Shown here one piece after another: positions 1 through 10,053 of a stretch of DNA of 64,000 nucleotides. Source of the DNA: Selenomonadales bacterium OttesenSCG-928-I06 (GTDB taxonomy: Bacteria; Bacillota; Negativicutes; Sporomusales; Sporomusaceae); contig JAJDHX010000001.1 of NCBI GenBank assembly GCA_030266395.1, positions 14,647 through 78,646 of the forward strand, given 5' to 3'. The stretch's first letter is position 1, and every line of letters begins with the position of its first letter. A program made the translations under genes and the position numbers. The notes under the pieces are model-generated. The model saw only the letters and a program-made list of their open reading frames with translations. It did no database searches and was not told the DNA's origin.

Positions 1-690
1 ACTGAAAACTATCATACCAATAACAATACATATTATGATTTGACCATGAATATAGTTGCCAATTACTACACCTATCTCATCATATACAGTTCTTACTCTG
101 CTTCTTAATCTGTTGGGGAAGGGGCTTATTAAAGCAGTTTTTATCTTGTTGCCATCTTTTAAGAAATAGTAAGTTAAAACAGGTACTATAATCAACTCTA
201 TTATTCTGGAAGCAAAAGTTAAGGTATTATTTAATAATCTTTTGGCCAAAGTCATTGCATATGCAGTAGCTTCAGAAAATGCACTATCTATATATGCTCT
301 TATGCTTTCAGGAATGTGAACACTATTATACTGATCATCAAGAAATAATATTGTAGGATGAATCTTCTTTAAAAGTTCTGGTAACTCTTTAGAAAATTTA
401 TTTAATTCCTGAGTAAAAGGGAAAAGAATAAAAGTCATTATCAAAAGTATTATAAGGGCAAAAATTAAAAAAGAAATTAAAATAGAAATTCCTCGAGGAA
501 TATTATAATGAGTTCCTTTAAAAGGAATATTAATTTTACCTAAAAAATTCACTAAAGGATTTAAAAAGAAAGAAAGAATCACTGCTAAAGCAATCGGCAA
601 AAAAACCGCAGAGACTTGACTTGCTATGTATATTGCAATTATAACAATTATTGTTTTTAGATAAAATAGAAAGTCGCGTCTAAAATCCAA
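1..690 (-). CDS. AI-2E family (PerM/YtvI-like, UPF0118) membrane transporter, N-terminal part; 3' end runs off the window
   Basis: Open reverse-strand frame absent from the ORF track because it has no stop inside the window. TTG at 690-688 is preceded by AAGGAAG (revcomp of 698-704). The translation LDFRRDFLFYLKTIIVIIAIY...IIVPVLTYYFLKDGNKIK...GQIIICIVIGMIVFS is multi-TM and has the YYFLKDG-type motif I associate with AI-2E transporters. Confidence 0.7.
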   Translation of the reverse strand, partial: MDFRRDFLFYLKTIIVIIAIYIASQVSAVFLPIALAVILSFFLNPLVNFLGKINIPFKGTHYNIPRGISILISFLIFALIILLIMTFILFPFTQELNKFSKELPELLKKIHPTILFLDDQYNSVHIPESIRAYIDSAFSEATAYAMTLAKRLLNNTLTFASRIIELIIVPVLTYYFLKDGNKIKTALISPFPNRLRSRVRTVYDEIGVVIGNYIHGQIIICIVIGMIVFS

Positions 691-717
691 TTTATATCTT
701 CCTTATTATAAATTTTT

Positions 718-1344
718 TTAAGAAAAACTAGGATTATTTTTCTTCTCATATTCAATGGTCGTAACTTCTCCATGACCTGGATAAACTACCGTTGCATCTG
801 GAAGAGTAAAAAGTTTTTCTTTTATACTTTTAATTATAGTTTCATAAGAACCGCCAGGAAGGTCTGTTACCCCTATTGTGCCAGCCATTAAAGTATCACC
901 GGAAAACAAAACGTTTTCTTCTTTATTATATAAACAAATTCCGCCTTTAGTATGACCTGGAGTATGAATTACCTGCAATTTAACATTGCCGAATTCTACT
1001 GTATCACCATCAGCGATAAATATGTCTGCTATACCTCCTGATACTCCTTTATCAGGGAAGATAGATAAAATATTATCATAAGTTTCTAATACTAAAGCCT
1101 CTTCTTCATGAATTAAGATTAAAGCCCCAGTGGCTTTTTTTATTGCTCCATTAGCCCTGATATGATCAAAATGACCATGGGTATTTATAATGTACTTTAA
1201 ATTAAGTTTCTCTTCTGCCAATAATTCTATAATTCCTTGCTCTTGGGCAGCAGGGTCTATTATAGCAGCCTCAAGAGTTTCCTCGCAATATAAAACATAA
1301 CAGTTGGCGCAATGTTCACCGACATCAAGTTCAATAATATACAT
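718..1344 (-). CDS. MBL-fold metallo-hydrolase (glyoxalase-II-like), paralogue 1 of 3
   Basis: ORF track, 208 aa. HxHxDH motif (NTHGHFDHI), then HTPGHT and PGHG motifs. Aligns full length with the two upstream paralogues. Confidence 0.85.
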   Translation of the reverse strand: MYIIELDVGEHCANCYVLYCEETLEAAIIDPAAQEQGIIELLAEEKLNLKYIINTHGHFDHIRANGAIKKATGALILIHEEEALVLETYDNILSIFPDKGVSGGIADIFIADGDTVEFGNVKLQVIHTPGHTKGGICLYNKEENVLFSGDTLMAGTIGVTDLPGGSYETIIKSIKEKLFTLPDATVVYPGHGEVTTIEYEKKNNPSFS

Positions 1345-1392
1345 TATATTTTGCCTCCCAAATTTATGCTGTATAAAATATTTATAATGTTT

Positions 1393-1998
1393 TTAGGAAA
1401 CAAAAGGATTATATTTTTTTTCATGGGCAATAGTAGTAGCTTCGCCATGTCCGGAATAAACAGTTGTTTCATCTGGCAGAACAAGAAGTTTGTTTTTAAT
1501 GCTACTAATAATTGTTGGATAAGAACCTCCAGGAAAATCTGTTCTTCCTATTGATTCGGCAAACAATGTATCACCTGAAAATAAAACTTTTTCTTTTTCA
1601 TTGTATAAGCAAATTCCACCTTGAGTATGACCTGGAGTATGAATTACTTGCAACTTAACATTGCCAAACTCTATGGTATCACCATCATCGATAAACTTAT
1701 CTGCTACTGCGCCTGGTGCGCCTTTGCCAATAAATTTTGCGAGCATAGGAGCTTCTTTTTCATGAAATAAAATTGAAGCATCAGTAGCTTTTTTAATTGC
1801 ACTATTTGCACCAATATGATCTGGATGCCCGTGAGTATTTATAATATATTTTATTTTAAGCTTGTTTTTCTCAATTACATCTAAAAGCCCTTTTTCTTGA
1901 CCAGCAGGGTCTATAATAACTGCTTGGAGAGTATCTTCGCAAAATAAAATATAGCAGTTAGTACCATAAGATCTAATTTCCGCCCGAATAATTTGCAT
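1393..1998 (-). CDS. MBL-fold metallo-hydrolase (glyoxalase-II-like), paralogue 2 of 3
   Basis: ORF track, 201 aa. NTHGHPDHI, HTPGHT and SGHG motifs. Confidence 0.85.
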   Translation of the reverse strand: MQIIRAEIRSYGTNCYILFCEDTLQAVIIDPAGQEKGLLDVIEKNKLKIKYIINTHGHPDHIGANSAIKKATDASILFHEKEAPMLAKFIGKGAPGAVADKFIDDGDTIEFGNVKLQVIHTPGHTQGGICLYNEKEKVLFSGDTLFAESIGRTDFPGGSYPTIISSIKNKLLVLPDETTVYSGHGEATTIAHEKKYNPFVS

Positions 1999-2078
1999 TA
2001 TATTTTATCCTCCTAATTTTTATTTTTAGCTAAATTAAATAAACTTTGAGAGGGACTCCATTTATTTATAAATAACTT

Positions 2079-2705
2079 TTAAGAAACAAAAGGATTATAT
2101 TGTTTTTCGTGTTTAATGGTAGTCATTTCTCCGTGTCCGGGATAAACCACTGTTTCATCAGGTAATATGAAAAGTTTTTCTTTAATGCTTTTTATAATCG
2201 TTTTATATGAACCGCCAGGGAAGTCTGTTCTTCCTATAGACTCTGCAAACAACGTATCACCAGAAAATAAAGTTTTTTCCTTTTCATTATATAAACAAAT
2301 TCCGCCTTTAGTATGCCCAGGAGTATGAATTACATTTAATTTAACATTGCCGAACTCTATAATATCGCCATCATTAATCAGTTTATCTGCTACTCCGCCA
2401 AGTACTCCTTTACCAACAAAGATAGATAAATTTTTATCGTAACTTGTAAGCATAGGGGCATCTTCTTCATGAATTAAAATTAAAGCATCTTTAGCTTGCT
2501 TAATTGCTCCGTTAGCACCAATATGATCTACATGACCATGAGTATTTATAATATATTTTACATCAAGATTTTTTTCTTCAATTAATTCTAAAAGCCCTTT
2601 TTCTTGTCCAGCAGGATCGATTATAGCTGCTTTGAGTGTTTCCGCACAGTATAGAATGTAACAATTAGTACTATAAAAACCGATTTCTACTTGAATCACT
2701 TGCAT
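2079..2705 (-). CDS. MBL-fold metallo-hydrolase (glyoxalase-II-like), paralogue 3 of 3
   Basis: ORF track, 208 aa. NTHGHVDHI, HTPGHT and PGHG motifs. Confidence 0.85.
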   Translation of the reverse strand: MQVIQVEIGFYSTNCYILYCAETLKAAIIDPAGQEKGLLELIEEKNLDVKYIINTHGHVDHIGANGAIKQAKDALILIHEEDAPMLTSYDKNLSIFVGKGVLGGVADKLINDGDIIEFGNVKLNVIHTPGHTKGGICLYNEKEKTLFSGDTLFAESIGRTDFPGGSYKTIIKSIKEKLFILPDETVVYPGHGEMTTIKHEKQYNPFVS

Positions 2706-2739
2706 TAAATTTACCCTCCTAATTTGATTTTCACATCAG

Positions 2740-4962
2740 CTAAACGACACTTTGAGATGTCCGATGAACATTCATAATGTCTTTAATTCTTCTGATTTTT
2801 GACATAATAAATTCAAGTTGGGTTAAGTTTGCAATGTAAATATCTATAAGCATTACTACAGTATCATTTTTTTGAAGTTTGGCATTTATAGAAGACACTT
2901 TAATTTTAGCGTCAGCAAACACAATAGATACATCAGCAACTAAGTTTGGTCTGTCCAGTCCTATAATCTCAATTGATACCTGATATAAATCATCTTCAGA
3001 AAGATTCCAATTGACTTCTATAATTCTCTCAAACTCTTCTTTATTATTAAGTATATTAAGACAATCTGATCTGTGTACTGAGACACCACGTCCTTTAGTA
3101 ATATAACCAACTATCATATCACCAGGAAGCGGATTACAACATTTTGCTAAACGAACAGTTAAGCCAGATTCTCCTTTTACTAAGATGCCATGATTTACTT
3201 TTTGCTTAGGATGTTTTGGTTTTAATTCTTTTAAAATTTCAGACATTGTTGGCGGAGTGACTTGTTGAACTTCTTTATTATGTGCTTCAATTAGCTTAGT
3301 CATTACTGAATGTAAGCTAACACCACCATAACCTATTGAAGCCAGAAGATCATCTTCACCTGAAATAGAAAGTCTTTTGGCTACATCTGACAGACGATTT
3401 CCATCGCCGATAAGACTTTTCCAGTCATAGCCGAGTTTTTTACATTCTTTTTCAACCATCTCTCGGCCTTTAACAATATTCTCTTCTCGTTTTTCCTTCT
3501 TAAACCATTGTCTTATTTTACTTCTGGTTTCAGACGCACCTACAATATTAAGCCAGTCTCTGCTTGGACCAGTAGGGTGTTTAGTAGTAATAATTTCTAC
3601 AATATCGCCATTTACTAATTTATATTCAAGAGGTACTATTTTTCTGTTTACTCTAGCACCAACACAACGATGTCCGATTTCTGTATGAATTCTGTAAGCA
3701 AAATCAATAGGAACAGAACCTGCCGGAAGATCTATAACATCGCCTTTAGGTGTAAAAACAAAGACTTCATCAGCAAAAACATCTAATTTTATAGTGTCAA
3801 CAAATTCTTGGGTATCGCCGATGTCTTTATGCCAGTCTAAAAGCTGTCTAAGCCATGATAATTTTTGGTCAAAACCTTTACCACTTGATTTGCCGGTTTC
3901 TTTGTAAAGCCAATGTGCAGCAATACCGTATTCAGATATTTGATGCATTTCATATGTTCTGATTTGAATTTCTATAGGTTGCCCTGATTTGGTAATTACT
4001 GTAGTATGAAGCGACTGATACATATTAGATTTTGGCATTGCTATATAATCTTTAAACCTGCCAGGCAATGGTTTGGTTAAAGAATGAATAATTCCTAATA
4101 CTTCGTAACAGTCTTTAACATCATTTACTATTACTCGTATAGCAAATATATCATAAATCTCATTTACATCAGTTTTATGATTTTTCTTCATTTTTTTATG
4201 AATACTATATAAATGTTTTGCTCTTCCTTGAATAGTAGCCTTAATACCGTTTTCTTCAAGGTTTTTGGCAATAAACTCTTTAGCATCAGTAATAATCTTT
4301 TCGCGTTCTTCACTTCTTTTATTAAGTTGGTCTACTAAATCAAAGTATTCCTCAGGCTCAAAATAACTAAAAGCAAGGTCTTCTAATTCGCATTTTACAT
4401 TTGAAATACCAAGTCTATTAGCAAGCGGTGCGAAAATTTCCATAGTCTCTCTGGCAATTTCAAGTTGCTTATGATGGTCCATCCAATGCAACGTTCTCAT
4501 ATTATGCAGTCTGTCAGCAAGTTTTATTAAAACAACTCTAATGTCTCTGGCCATAGCAAGAAACATTTTTCGATAACTTTCTATTTGGCGTTCTTCCTTG
4601 GATGTATATTGCATTTTGCTCAGTTTCGTTACGCCATCCACTAGCATTGCAACTTCTGGAGTAAACGCATCTTCAATGTCTTTTAAAGAAGCTTCAGAAT
4701 CTTCTACAACATCATGAAGCAAAGCAGCTGTTACTGTAGTAGCATCTACTTGTAGAGTAGTTAAAATATGAGCTACCCCTAAAGGATGGCAAATGTATTT
4801 TTCACCAGATTTTCTAATTTGGTCATTATGAGCATTTAAAGCATATTCATATGCTTTTCTTACCATAGCTATTGCAGTATCGTCATTTTGGTAAGCTTTA
4901 ATGTTATTTATAATTTCTTCTATTATTTCATTAGGTTCCTTATCGAAAAGGTCAACACTCAT
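2740..4962 (-). CDS. relA: Bifunctional (p)ppGpp synthetase/hydrolase RelA/SpoT (Rel)
   Basis: The ORF track frame 2740-5058 is trimmed to the ATG at 4962, which is preceded by GAGGTG. The longer version overlaps recJ and adds a non-homologous N-terminus. Contains the HD hydrolase motif (LHDVVED), a RelA/SpoT synthetase region, and TGS and ACT-like C-terminal regions; about 740 aa, like Bacillus Rel. Confidence 0.95.
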   Translation of the reverse strand: MSVDLFDKEPNEIIEEIINNIKAYQNDDTAIAMVRKAYEYALNAHNDQIRKSGEKYICHPLGVAHILTTLQVDATTVTAALLHDVVEDSEASLKDIEDAFTPEVAMLVDGVTKLSKMQYTSKEERQIESYRKMFLAMARDIRVVLIKLADRLHNMRTLHWMDHHKQLEIARETMEIFAPLANRLGISNVKCELEDLAFSYFEPEEYFDLVDQLNKRSEEREKIITDAKEFIAKNLEENGIKATIQGRAKHLYSIHKKMKKNHKTDVNEIYDIFAIRVIVNDVKDCYEVLGIIHSLTKPLPGRFKDYIAMPKSNMYQSLHTTVITKSGQPIEIQIRTYEMHQISEYGIAAHWLYKETGKSSGKGFDQKLSWLRQLLDWHKDIGDTQEFVDTIKLDVFADEVFVFTPKGDVIDLPAGSVPIDFAYRIHTEIGHRCVGARVNRKIVPLEYKLVNGDIVEIITTKHPTGPSRDWLNIVGASETRSKIRQWFKKEKREENIVKGREMVEKECKKLGYDWKSLIGDGNRLSDVAKRLSISGEDDLLASIGYGGVSLHSVMTKLIEAHNKEVQQVTPPTMSEILKELKPKHPKQKVNHGILVKGESGLTVRLAKCCNPLPGDMIVGYITKGRGVSVHRSDCLNILNNKEEFERIIEVNWNLSEDDLYQVSIEIIGLDRPNLVADVSIVFADAKIKVSSINAKLQKNDTVVMLIDIYIANLTQLEFIMSKIRRIKDIMNVHRTSQSVV

Positions 4963-5023
4963 AATTATGCACCTCAAGATCTTTATATATAAAAACTTCA
5001 ATCTATTAACTATATTCAATATA

Positions 5024-7114
5024 TTAAATACAATGTATATTATATGTAGGAGAATCAACTAATTCTTTTTTTGAAGCAGGATTAGAAACCATAAAAAAGT
5101 GGTAATAATCTTTTTCCTGTTTATAGGCAATTAAATCTAACTCTTTTAAAACCCTTAAAGCAACATCAATTGCTTGAGGATTTTTTATTGTATTGCCAGA
5201 ACTGTTTAGTTCCTTAAATATTGTATTTAAATCTATTTTAAAACTAATATTCTTATTTAAGAAAGTATTTTTTAAAAAAACATATATCTTTCCTATAATA
5301 TCTCTGCTAACATCATTTTTTGTTAATGAATTATAATCTTTATTTACACTAACTTTAATATTAGCAAAAAACTTGAAACAAATGTCTTGTAATATCAATT
5401 GAATATTTTTATTTCCCTGCCATTCATTGTACTTAGGATAAAAAATTATGTCAATATATGTACCAGGCAGCAAAGAGGCGGATATATCACTATAATTCCA
5501 GCCTAAAATTTCAATAGGAACAGAAAAGTTCTTTTTATAAGGAGTAATCTTTAAATGCTGCTTATTTTGACCAAGATTTCTCAAATCAGAAATCCTCACA
5601 TTTTCAATCGCAAAAACAGGCGAGGGGTTATCCTGACCAAATGGGGCAAGCAAAGCCAACTCCTCTAAAAAGTCAAAACTTATATCATCTAAAGAAGTTC
5701 TGGCGTCAATAGTTATTTCAGGGATATAATCACTGACTGACAAAGCCTTATTTGCAATTAGATTTATTTTTTCTCGAAATAGTTCAATATCTTCAATATT
5801 AATAGTAAAACCGGCAGCTTGATGATGACCGCCAAAATCCACAAAAATATCTCCACATTCTTCTAACGCTTTAAAAATATTAAAAGACTTAATACTTCTG
5901 CAAGAACCTTTTCCTACTCCATTTTCTTTTGTCACTATTATTACTGGTCTAAAATATTTATCAATTAACTTAGATGCAACTATTCCAATAACACCTAAAT
6001 GCCAGTTTTCGCCTACTAAAAATATTATTTTTTCTTTATCTAAATCAAACTTTCTTATTTGTTCTTGAGCTTCTGATAAAATATTACCTTCAATATCTTG
6101 TCTGGTTTTATTTAGCCTGTTTAATTCTAAGGCAAGCTCAGTAGCTTCATTCATATCTTCTGACAGAAGCAAGCTGAGAGCTTTACTTGCATGGCTCATT
6201 CTTCCTGCTGCATTTAACCTTGGTCCAATTATAAAACCGACAGAAGTAGTATCTATCTTATTCAAATCTAAAGAAGCTATATTACCTAAAGCTTGTATGC
6301 CCAGATTATTGGTCTTCTTAAGATTTTCAATTCCTAATTTCACTAAAACTCTATTTTCATTTGTTAAAGATACAATATCTGCAATTGTACCCAAAGCTAC
6401 CATCTCTAGATTTTCGGCTATTAATGAATTGATTTTATCTTGTTCTAAACTAGATATATCAACTTTTTCTAAAAGTGCTTGAGCTAATTTAAATGCAACT
6501 CCGACTCCGGCTAAATTTTTATCAGGATAAAGACAATCTTTTTGTTTGGGATTTATAATTGCATATGCATCAGGGACAACAGACAAAACCTCATGATGAT
6601 CTGTAATGATTACATCAGGAGGATTATCAAGTGAGTTGAGCCAATCAATCTCTTCATTCGAAGTTATACCACAATCTACAGTTATTAATAAATCTATATC
6701 AGCCAACTTTATATTTTCCAAAGCTGTAATTGTTAGTCCGTATCCTTCGGTTTTTCTATCAGGAATATAACATTCAAAATTTGCACCAAGCATTTTTAAT
6801 GTTTTGTGCAGGATAGCACACGAAGTTATACCATCTACATCATAATCGCCATATATAAGTATTTTTTCACCTTTTAAAATAGCACTGTCTATTCTTTCTA
6901 TTGCTTTATTTATATCTTTGAGCAATAAAGGATTATAGAGATTATCTTTAGAGGAATATAAAAAATCATTAGCTAGATCAACATTAGTAATGCCACGATT
7001 TATCAAAATCCTAGCAATTGTTTGAGAAATATTTAATTTAAGACAAAGCTCAGATAATAGATCTTCTGACTCAATTTCAGGAAGGAAATTCCACGATTTT
7101 TTTATAATTTCCAT
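5024..7114 (-). CDS. recJ: Single-stranded-DNA-specific exonuclease RecJ
   Basis: ORF track, 696 aa. DHH-family motifs (YGDYDVDGITS, TVDCG, ITDHHE) and the DHHA1 GGHxxAAG motif (FGGHHQAAGF). Confidence 0.9.
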   Translation of the reverse strand: MEIIKKSWNFLPEIESEDLLSELCLKLNISQTIARILINRGITNVDLANDFLYSSKDNLYNPLLLKDINKAIERIDSAILKGEKILIYGDYDVDGITSCAILHKTLKMLGANFECYIPDRKTEGYGLTITALENIKLADIDLLITVDCGITSNEEIDWLNSLDNPPDVIITDHHEVLSVVPDAYAIINPKQKDCLYPDKNLAGVGVAFKLAQALLEKVDISSLEQDKINSLIAENLEMVALGTIADIVSLTNENRVLVKLGIENLKKTNNLGIQALGNIASLDLNKIDTTSVGFIIGPRLNAAGRMSHASKALSLLLSEDMNEATELALELNRLNKTRQDIEGNILSEAQEQIRKFDLDKEKIIFLVGENWHLGVIGIVASKLIDKYFRPVIIVTKENGVGKGSCRSIKSFNIFKALEECGDIFVDFGGHHQAAGFTINIEDIELFREKINLIANKALSVSDYIPEITIDARTSLDDISFDFLEELALLAPFGQDNPSPVFAIENVRISDLRNLGQNKQHLKITPYKKNFSVPIEILGWNYSDISASLLPGTYIDIIFYPKYNEWQGNKNIQLILQDICFKFFANIKVSVNKDYNSLTKNDVSRDIIGKIYVFLKNTFLNKNISFKIDLNTIFKELNSSGNTIKNPQAIDVALRVLKELDLIAYKQEKDYYHFFMVSNPASKKELVDSPTYNIHCI

Positions 7115-7202
7115 AAAAAGATATTTTAGACCTCCAAGATAAAATAGGTTTTAAAAGATGTAAAACTATGTTAAAGTTTATTTAGGTATATTTAAATATT
7201 TA

Positions 7203-7538
7203 TCAAGACTGTTTCTGAGAAGCGTTTTCTTCTGTTGTTTGATTTGCCGGCTCTGGTTTAGTAGCTTCTTCCAACTTATATTTTAAAGCTGTAATTTCAT
7301 CACTTAATGAAGTTTCAATTTTCGCAGATTTTCTAAGTTTGTTGCGCAGACTAAGCTGAACAAACATTAGAGGCGACAACATTGCTAATGCTCCAAGTGC
7401 TGCTGATATTAGCACTAATAAAACAACAGAGAGATTTGTTTCCCATTGCATAAATTTAATAACTACAACTGTTGAATTTTGCATTGCAAAAAGAGCTACA
7501 AGAATTGCAACTAAAAAAGATATTGCTAAATATTTCAT
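7203..7538 (-). CDS. Small membrane protein with LapA-like (DUF1049) two-TM domain and coiled-coil tail
   Basis: ORF track, 111 aa. Two hydrophobic helices followed by a charged C-terminus. The family assignment is by resemblance only. Confidence 0.55.
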   Translation of the reverse strand: MKYLAISFLVAILVALFAMQNSTVVVIKFMQWETNLSVVLLVLISAALGALAMLSPLMFVQLSLRNKLRKSAKIETSLSDEITALKYKLEEATKPEPANQTTEENASQKQS

Positions 7539-7699
7539 AATTTCCCCTTTTTCGTAATTTATGGTAGTTTTATATACAATAGTTCTATAATTTGTCTAAA
7601 TAATCCTTTAATAACACAATATAGATAAATAATATTTTTATACAAATAATAGAGATAATAAATTTAAATTAAAGTGCTAAAGCAGGGAGTTGAATTAAT

Positions 7700-8464
7700 T
7701 TGAGCGACCCAAAAAATCAGTCTATAGATAATGATACAGAAATAATTGCCGGAAAAAACAGCGTATTAGAAGCTCTGAGAGCAGGCAGATCTATAAATAA
7801 AATATTAATCTCAGAATCTGTTCAGAAAAACACAATAAAAGAAATTTTAAATACAGCCAAAGAATCTGGAGTAATTGTGCAGTGGGTAGATTCCAGAAAA
7901 CTTGATAAAATAGCTGTAGATACAAAACATCAAGGCATTATAGGTCAGTGTGCACCAATTCAATACTTTGAAATCGAAGAAATTGTTGAACAATCCAAAA
8001 ATTCTAGTCAAATACCTTTTCTTGTTCTTTTAGACGAACTAAATGATCCCCATAATGTCGGGGCAATCTTAAGAACCGCCGAAGCTGCCGGTGTGCATGG
8101 AGTATTGATCCCTAAAAGAAGAAGCTGTCCAATAAATTATACTGTAGCAAAAGCCTCTGCCGGTGCTTCAGAATACATTCCGATTGCCCGTATTGGAAAT
8201 GTTGCTTCTTGTATTAAATACTTAAAAGAAGAAGGATTTTGGGTAGTTGGCGCAGATATGGCAGGCAACATCAATTATTATGAAGCTGATTTTAAGATGC
8301 CGTTAGTATTAGTTATTGGCAGTGAAGGAAAAGGACTTAGTCGGTTAACAAAAGAATCATGTGATTTTTTAGTTAAGATTCCTATGCTTGGCAAAATTTC
8401 TTCTCTTAATGCTTCTGTAGCAGGTTCTTTGCTTTTATACGAAGCTTTAAGACAAAGACTTTAA
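7700..8464 (+). CDS. rlmB: TrmH-family 23S rRNA (guanosine-2'-O)-methyltransferase RlmB (YacO-like)
   Basis: ORF track, 254 aa. SpoU/TrmH motifs (LDELNDPHNVGAILRTAEAAG, VIGSEGKGLS, SLNASVAGS). Synteny yacO-yacP-sigH as in Bacillus. Confidence 0.85.
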   Translation: MSDPKNQSIDNDTEIIAGKNSVLEALRAGRSINKILISESVQKNTIKEILNTAKESGVIVQWVDSRKLDKIAVDTKHQGIIGQCAPIQYFEIEEIVEQSKNSSQIPFLVLLDELNDPHNVGAILRTAEAAGVHGVLIPKRRSCPINYTVAKASAGASEYIPIARIGNVASCIKYLKEEGFWVVGADMAGNINYYEADFKMPLVLVIGSEGKGLSRLTKESCDFLVKIPMLGKISSLNASVAGSLLLYEALRQRL

Positions 8465-8480
8465 TTAAAAGGTATATATT

Positions 8481-9044
8481 ATGGAAATTTTAATTATTGA
8501 CGGCTACAACATAATAAATGCCTGGTCTGGTTTTGTTGATTTAAAAGATGATTTGGAACTTGCCCGTGATAAGCTGGTAGATATTCTTTTAGAATATTCT
8601 TCATATAAGGACTTGGAAACTATTATTGTATTTGATGCTCACTCTTCAGACAGCCAATTGCAAGAATACAAGATCAACTCTAAAGTAAAAGTAATATTTA
8701 CCGAAAAAAATGAAACTGCTGACAGCTATATTGAAAAAATAGCTTATTATTTAGTAAGAAAAGATTATAAAGTTTATGTTGTCACCTCAGACAAAGATGA
8801 ACAATTTACCATTTTGGGAGTAGGCGGTTTTAGAATCTCAGCAAGAGAATTGTTTAATGATATAAAAACAGCAAAAAAAGAGATCCAAAAAGAAATAGAA
8901 AACAGAACTCTAATCTTTAAAAGAACAGAAGTGAGCGGTGTTATAGAAGATTCACTTTATGAGCAGTTAGACCTGATGAGAAAAGAAAAAAATACATATA
9001 CTGCCAAAAACAAGAGCAATTTATTAAAAAAACGCAGAAAATAA
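8481..9044 (+). CDS. NYN-domain ribonuclease YacP/Rae1-like
   Basis: ORF track, 187 aa. N-terminal LIIDGYNIIN motif. Sits between rlmB and sigH, as yacP does in Bacillus. Confidence 0.8.
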   Translation: MEILIIDGYNIINAWSGFVDLKDDLELARDKLVDILLEYSSYKDLETIIVFDAHSSDSQLQEYKINSKVKVIFTEKNETADSYIEKIAYYLVRKDYKVYVVTSDKDEQFTILGVGGFRISARELFNDIKTAKKEIQKEIENRTLIFKRTEVSGVIEDSLYEQLDLMRKEKNTYTAKNKSNLLKKRRK

Positions 9045-9051
9045 GAATAGC

Positions 9052-9080
9052 TTGACTAAGTCGCCTTTAAAGGTTATAAT
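9052..9080 (+). promoter_or_regulatory. Sigma-A-type promoter upstream of sigH
   Basis: TTGACT (9052-9057), 17-nt spacer, TATAAT (9075-9080). Confidence 0.5.
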
Positions 9081-9190
9081 TTGGAGTAATAAAGGACAGG
9101 TGCTTAGGGGTATTTTATTTTTTTTTAAGTGCCATTGTTGCTTATCTTTTAAATAAATTCAAACATTTGTTTAGATAAAAATAGAATTAG

Positions 9191-9919
9191 ATGCTGAATT
9201 TTAAACTAGTGGGGGCGATGCAGATGCGGGTTAGTAATCAATGCGATCAATACAGCTGTTTTGATAACCTGCCTGATGAAGTACTTGTATGTGAGGCCAA
9301 AGATAATGGTAACATGGCAGCTCTTGAGTATTTGATAAATAAATACTGTAACTTCGTACGTGCAAAAGCAAGATCATATTTTTTAATAGGTGCCGAAAGA
9401 GAAGATATTATTCAGGAAGGCATGATTGGATTATATAAAGCTGTAAGAGATTTTAGAACTGATAAACTATCCTCTTTTAGAGCATTTGCGGAACTTTGTG
9501 TAACAAGACAAATTATTACTGCTATTAAAACAGCAACAAGACAAAAGCATATTCCGCTTAATTCCTATGTTTCTTTAAACAAACCAATATATGATGAAGA
9601 TTCTGACAGAACGCTTTTAGACGTACTTTCAGGTTCAAGAATTACAGACCCGGAAGAACTTGTTATCAGCAGAGAAGAATTTATTGATATAGAAGAAAAA
9701 ATGGGTGAAATTTTAAGTGACCTTGAATGGAAAGTTTTAATGCTTTATCTTGAAGGTAAATCTTATCAAGAAATAGCTTTAGAACTAAATAGACATGTAA
9801 AATCAATTGACAATGCTCTGCAAAGAGTAAAAAGAAAATTGGAAAAGTATTTAGAAAACAGAGGCGACGCCACTGATGCAAGTGGAATTTGCAAAGGCAT
9901 TTCAGGTTTTTGCAATTAA
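9191..9919 (+). CDS. sigH: Sporulation/stationary-phase sigma factor SigH
   Basis: Near-colinear with my recollection of B. subtilis SigH (YLINKYCNFVRAKARSYFLIGAEREDIIQEGMIGLYKAVRDF...TRQIITAIKTATRQKHIPLNSY...LNRHVKSIDNALQRVKRKLEKYL). The start is uncertain: in-frame ATGs at 9218 and 9224 lie after a GGGGG run. Confidence 0.9.
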   Translation: MLNFKLVGAMQMRVSNQCDQYSCFDNLPDEVLVCEAKDNGNMAALEYLINKYCNFVRAKARSYFLIGAEREDIIQEGMIGLYKAVRDFRTDKLSSFRAFAELCVTRQIITAIKTATRQKHIPLNSYVSLNKPIYDEDSDRTLLDVLSGSRITDPEELVISREEFIDIEEKMGEILSDLEWKVLMLYLEGKSYQEIALELNRHVKSIDNALQRVKRKLEKYLENRGDATDASGICKGISGFCN

Positions 9920-9933
9920 CTTAGTTATAAAAT

Positions 9934-9967
9934 AAATGACATTTTTAAAATGTCATTTTATTTTTTG
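9934..9967 (+). terminator. Intrinsic terminator after sigH
   Basis: AAATGACAT (9934-9942) pairs with ATGTCATTT (9950-9958), followed by a T-run. Confidence 0.75.
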
Positions 9968-10053
9968 TTTTAGATACAATAAAAGTAAAAGGGAAAATTT
10001 GTTTTATGCAGAATACTACAATTAAACACAATATCTTGGGAGGGAAAACAGAT

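Noticed and set aside
1312-1554. 80-aa plus-strand ORF across the junction of MBL paralogues 1 and 2
   Set aside because: It is antisense to two conserved genes, with a low-complexity hydrophobic translation and no RBS.
4963-5058. N-terminal 32-aa extension of the relA ORF (start at 5058)
   Set aside because: The extension overlaps the 3' end of recJ, has no RBS and adds non-homologous hydrophobic sequence. The ATG at 4962 has a GAGGTG SD and gives a normal Rel N-terminus.
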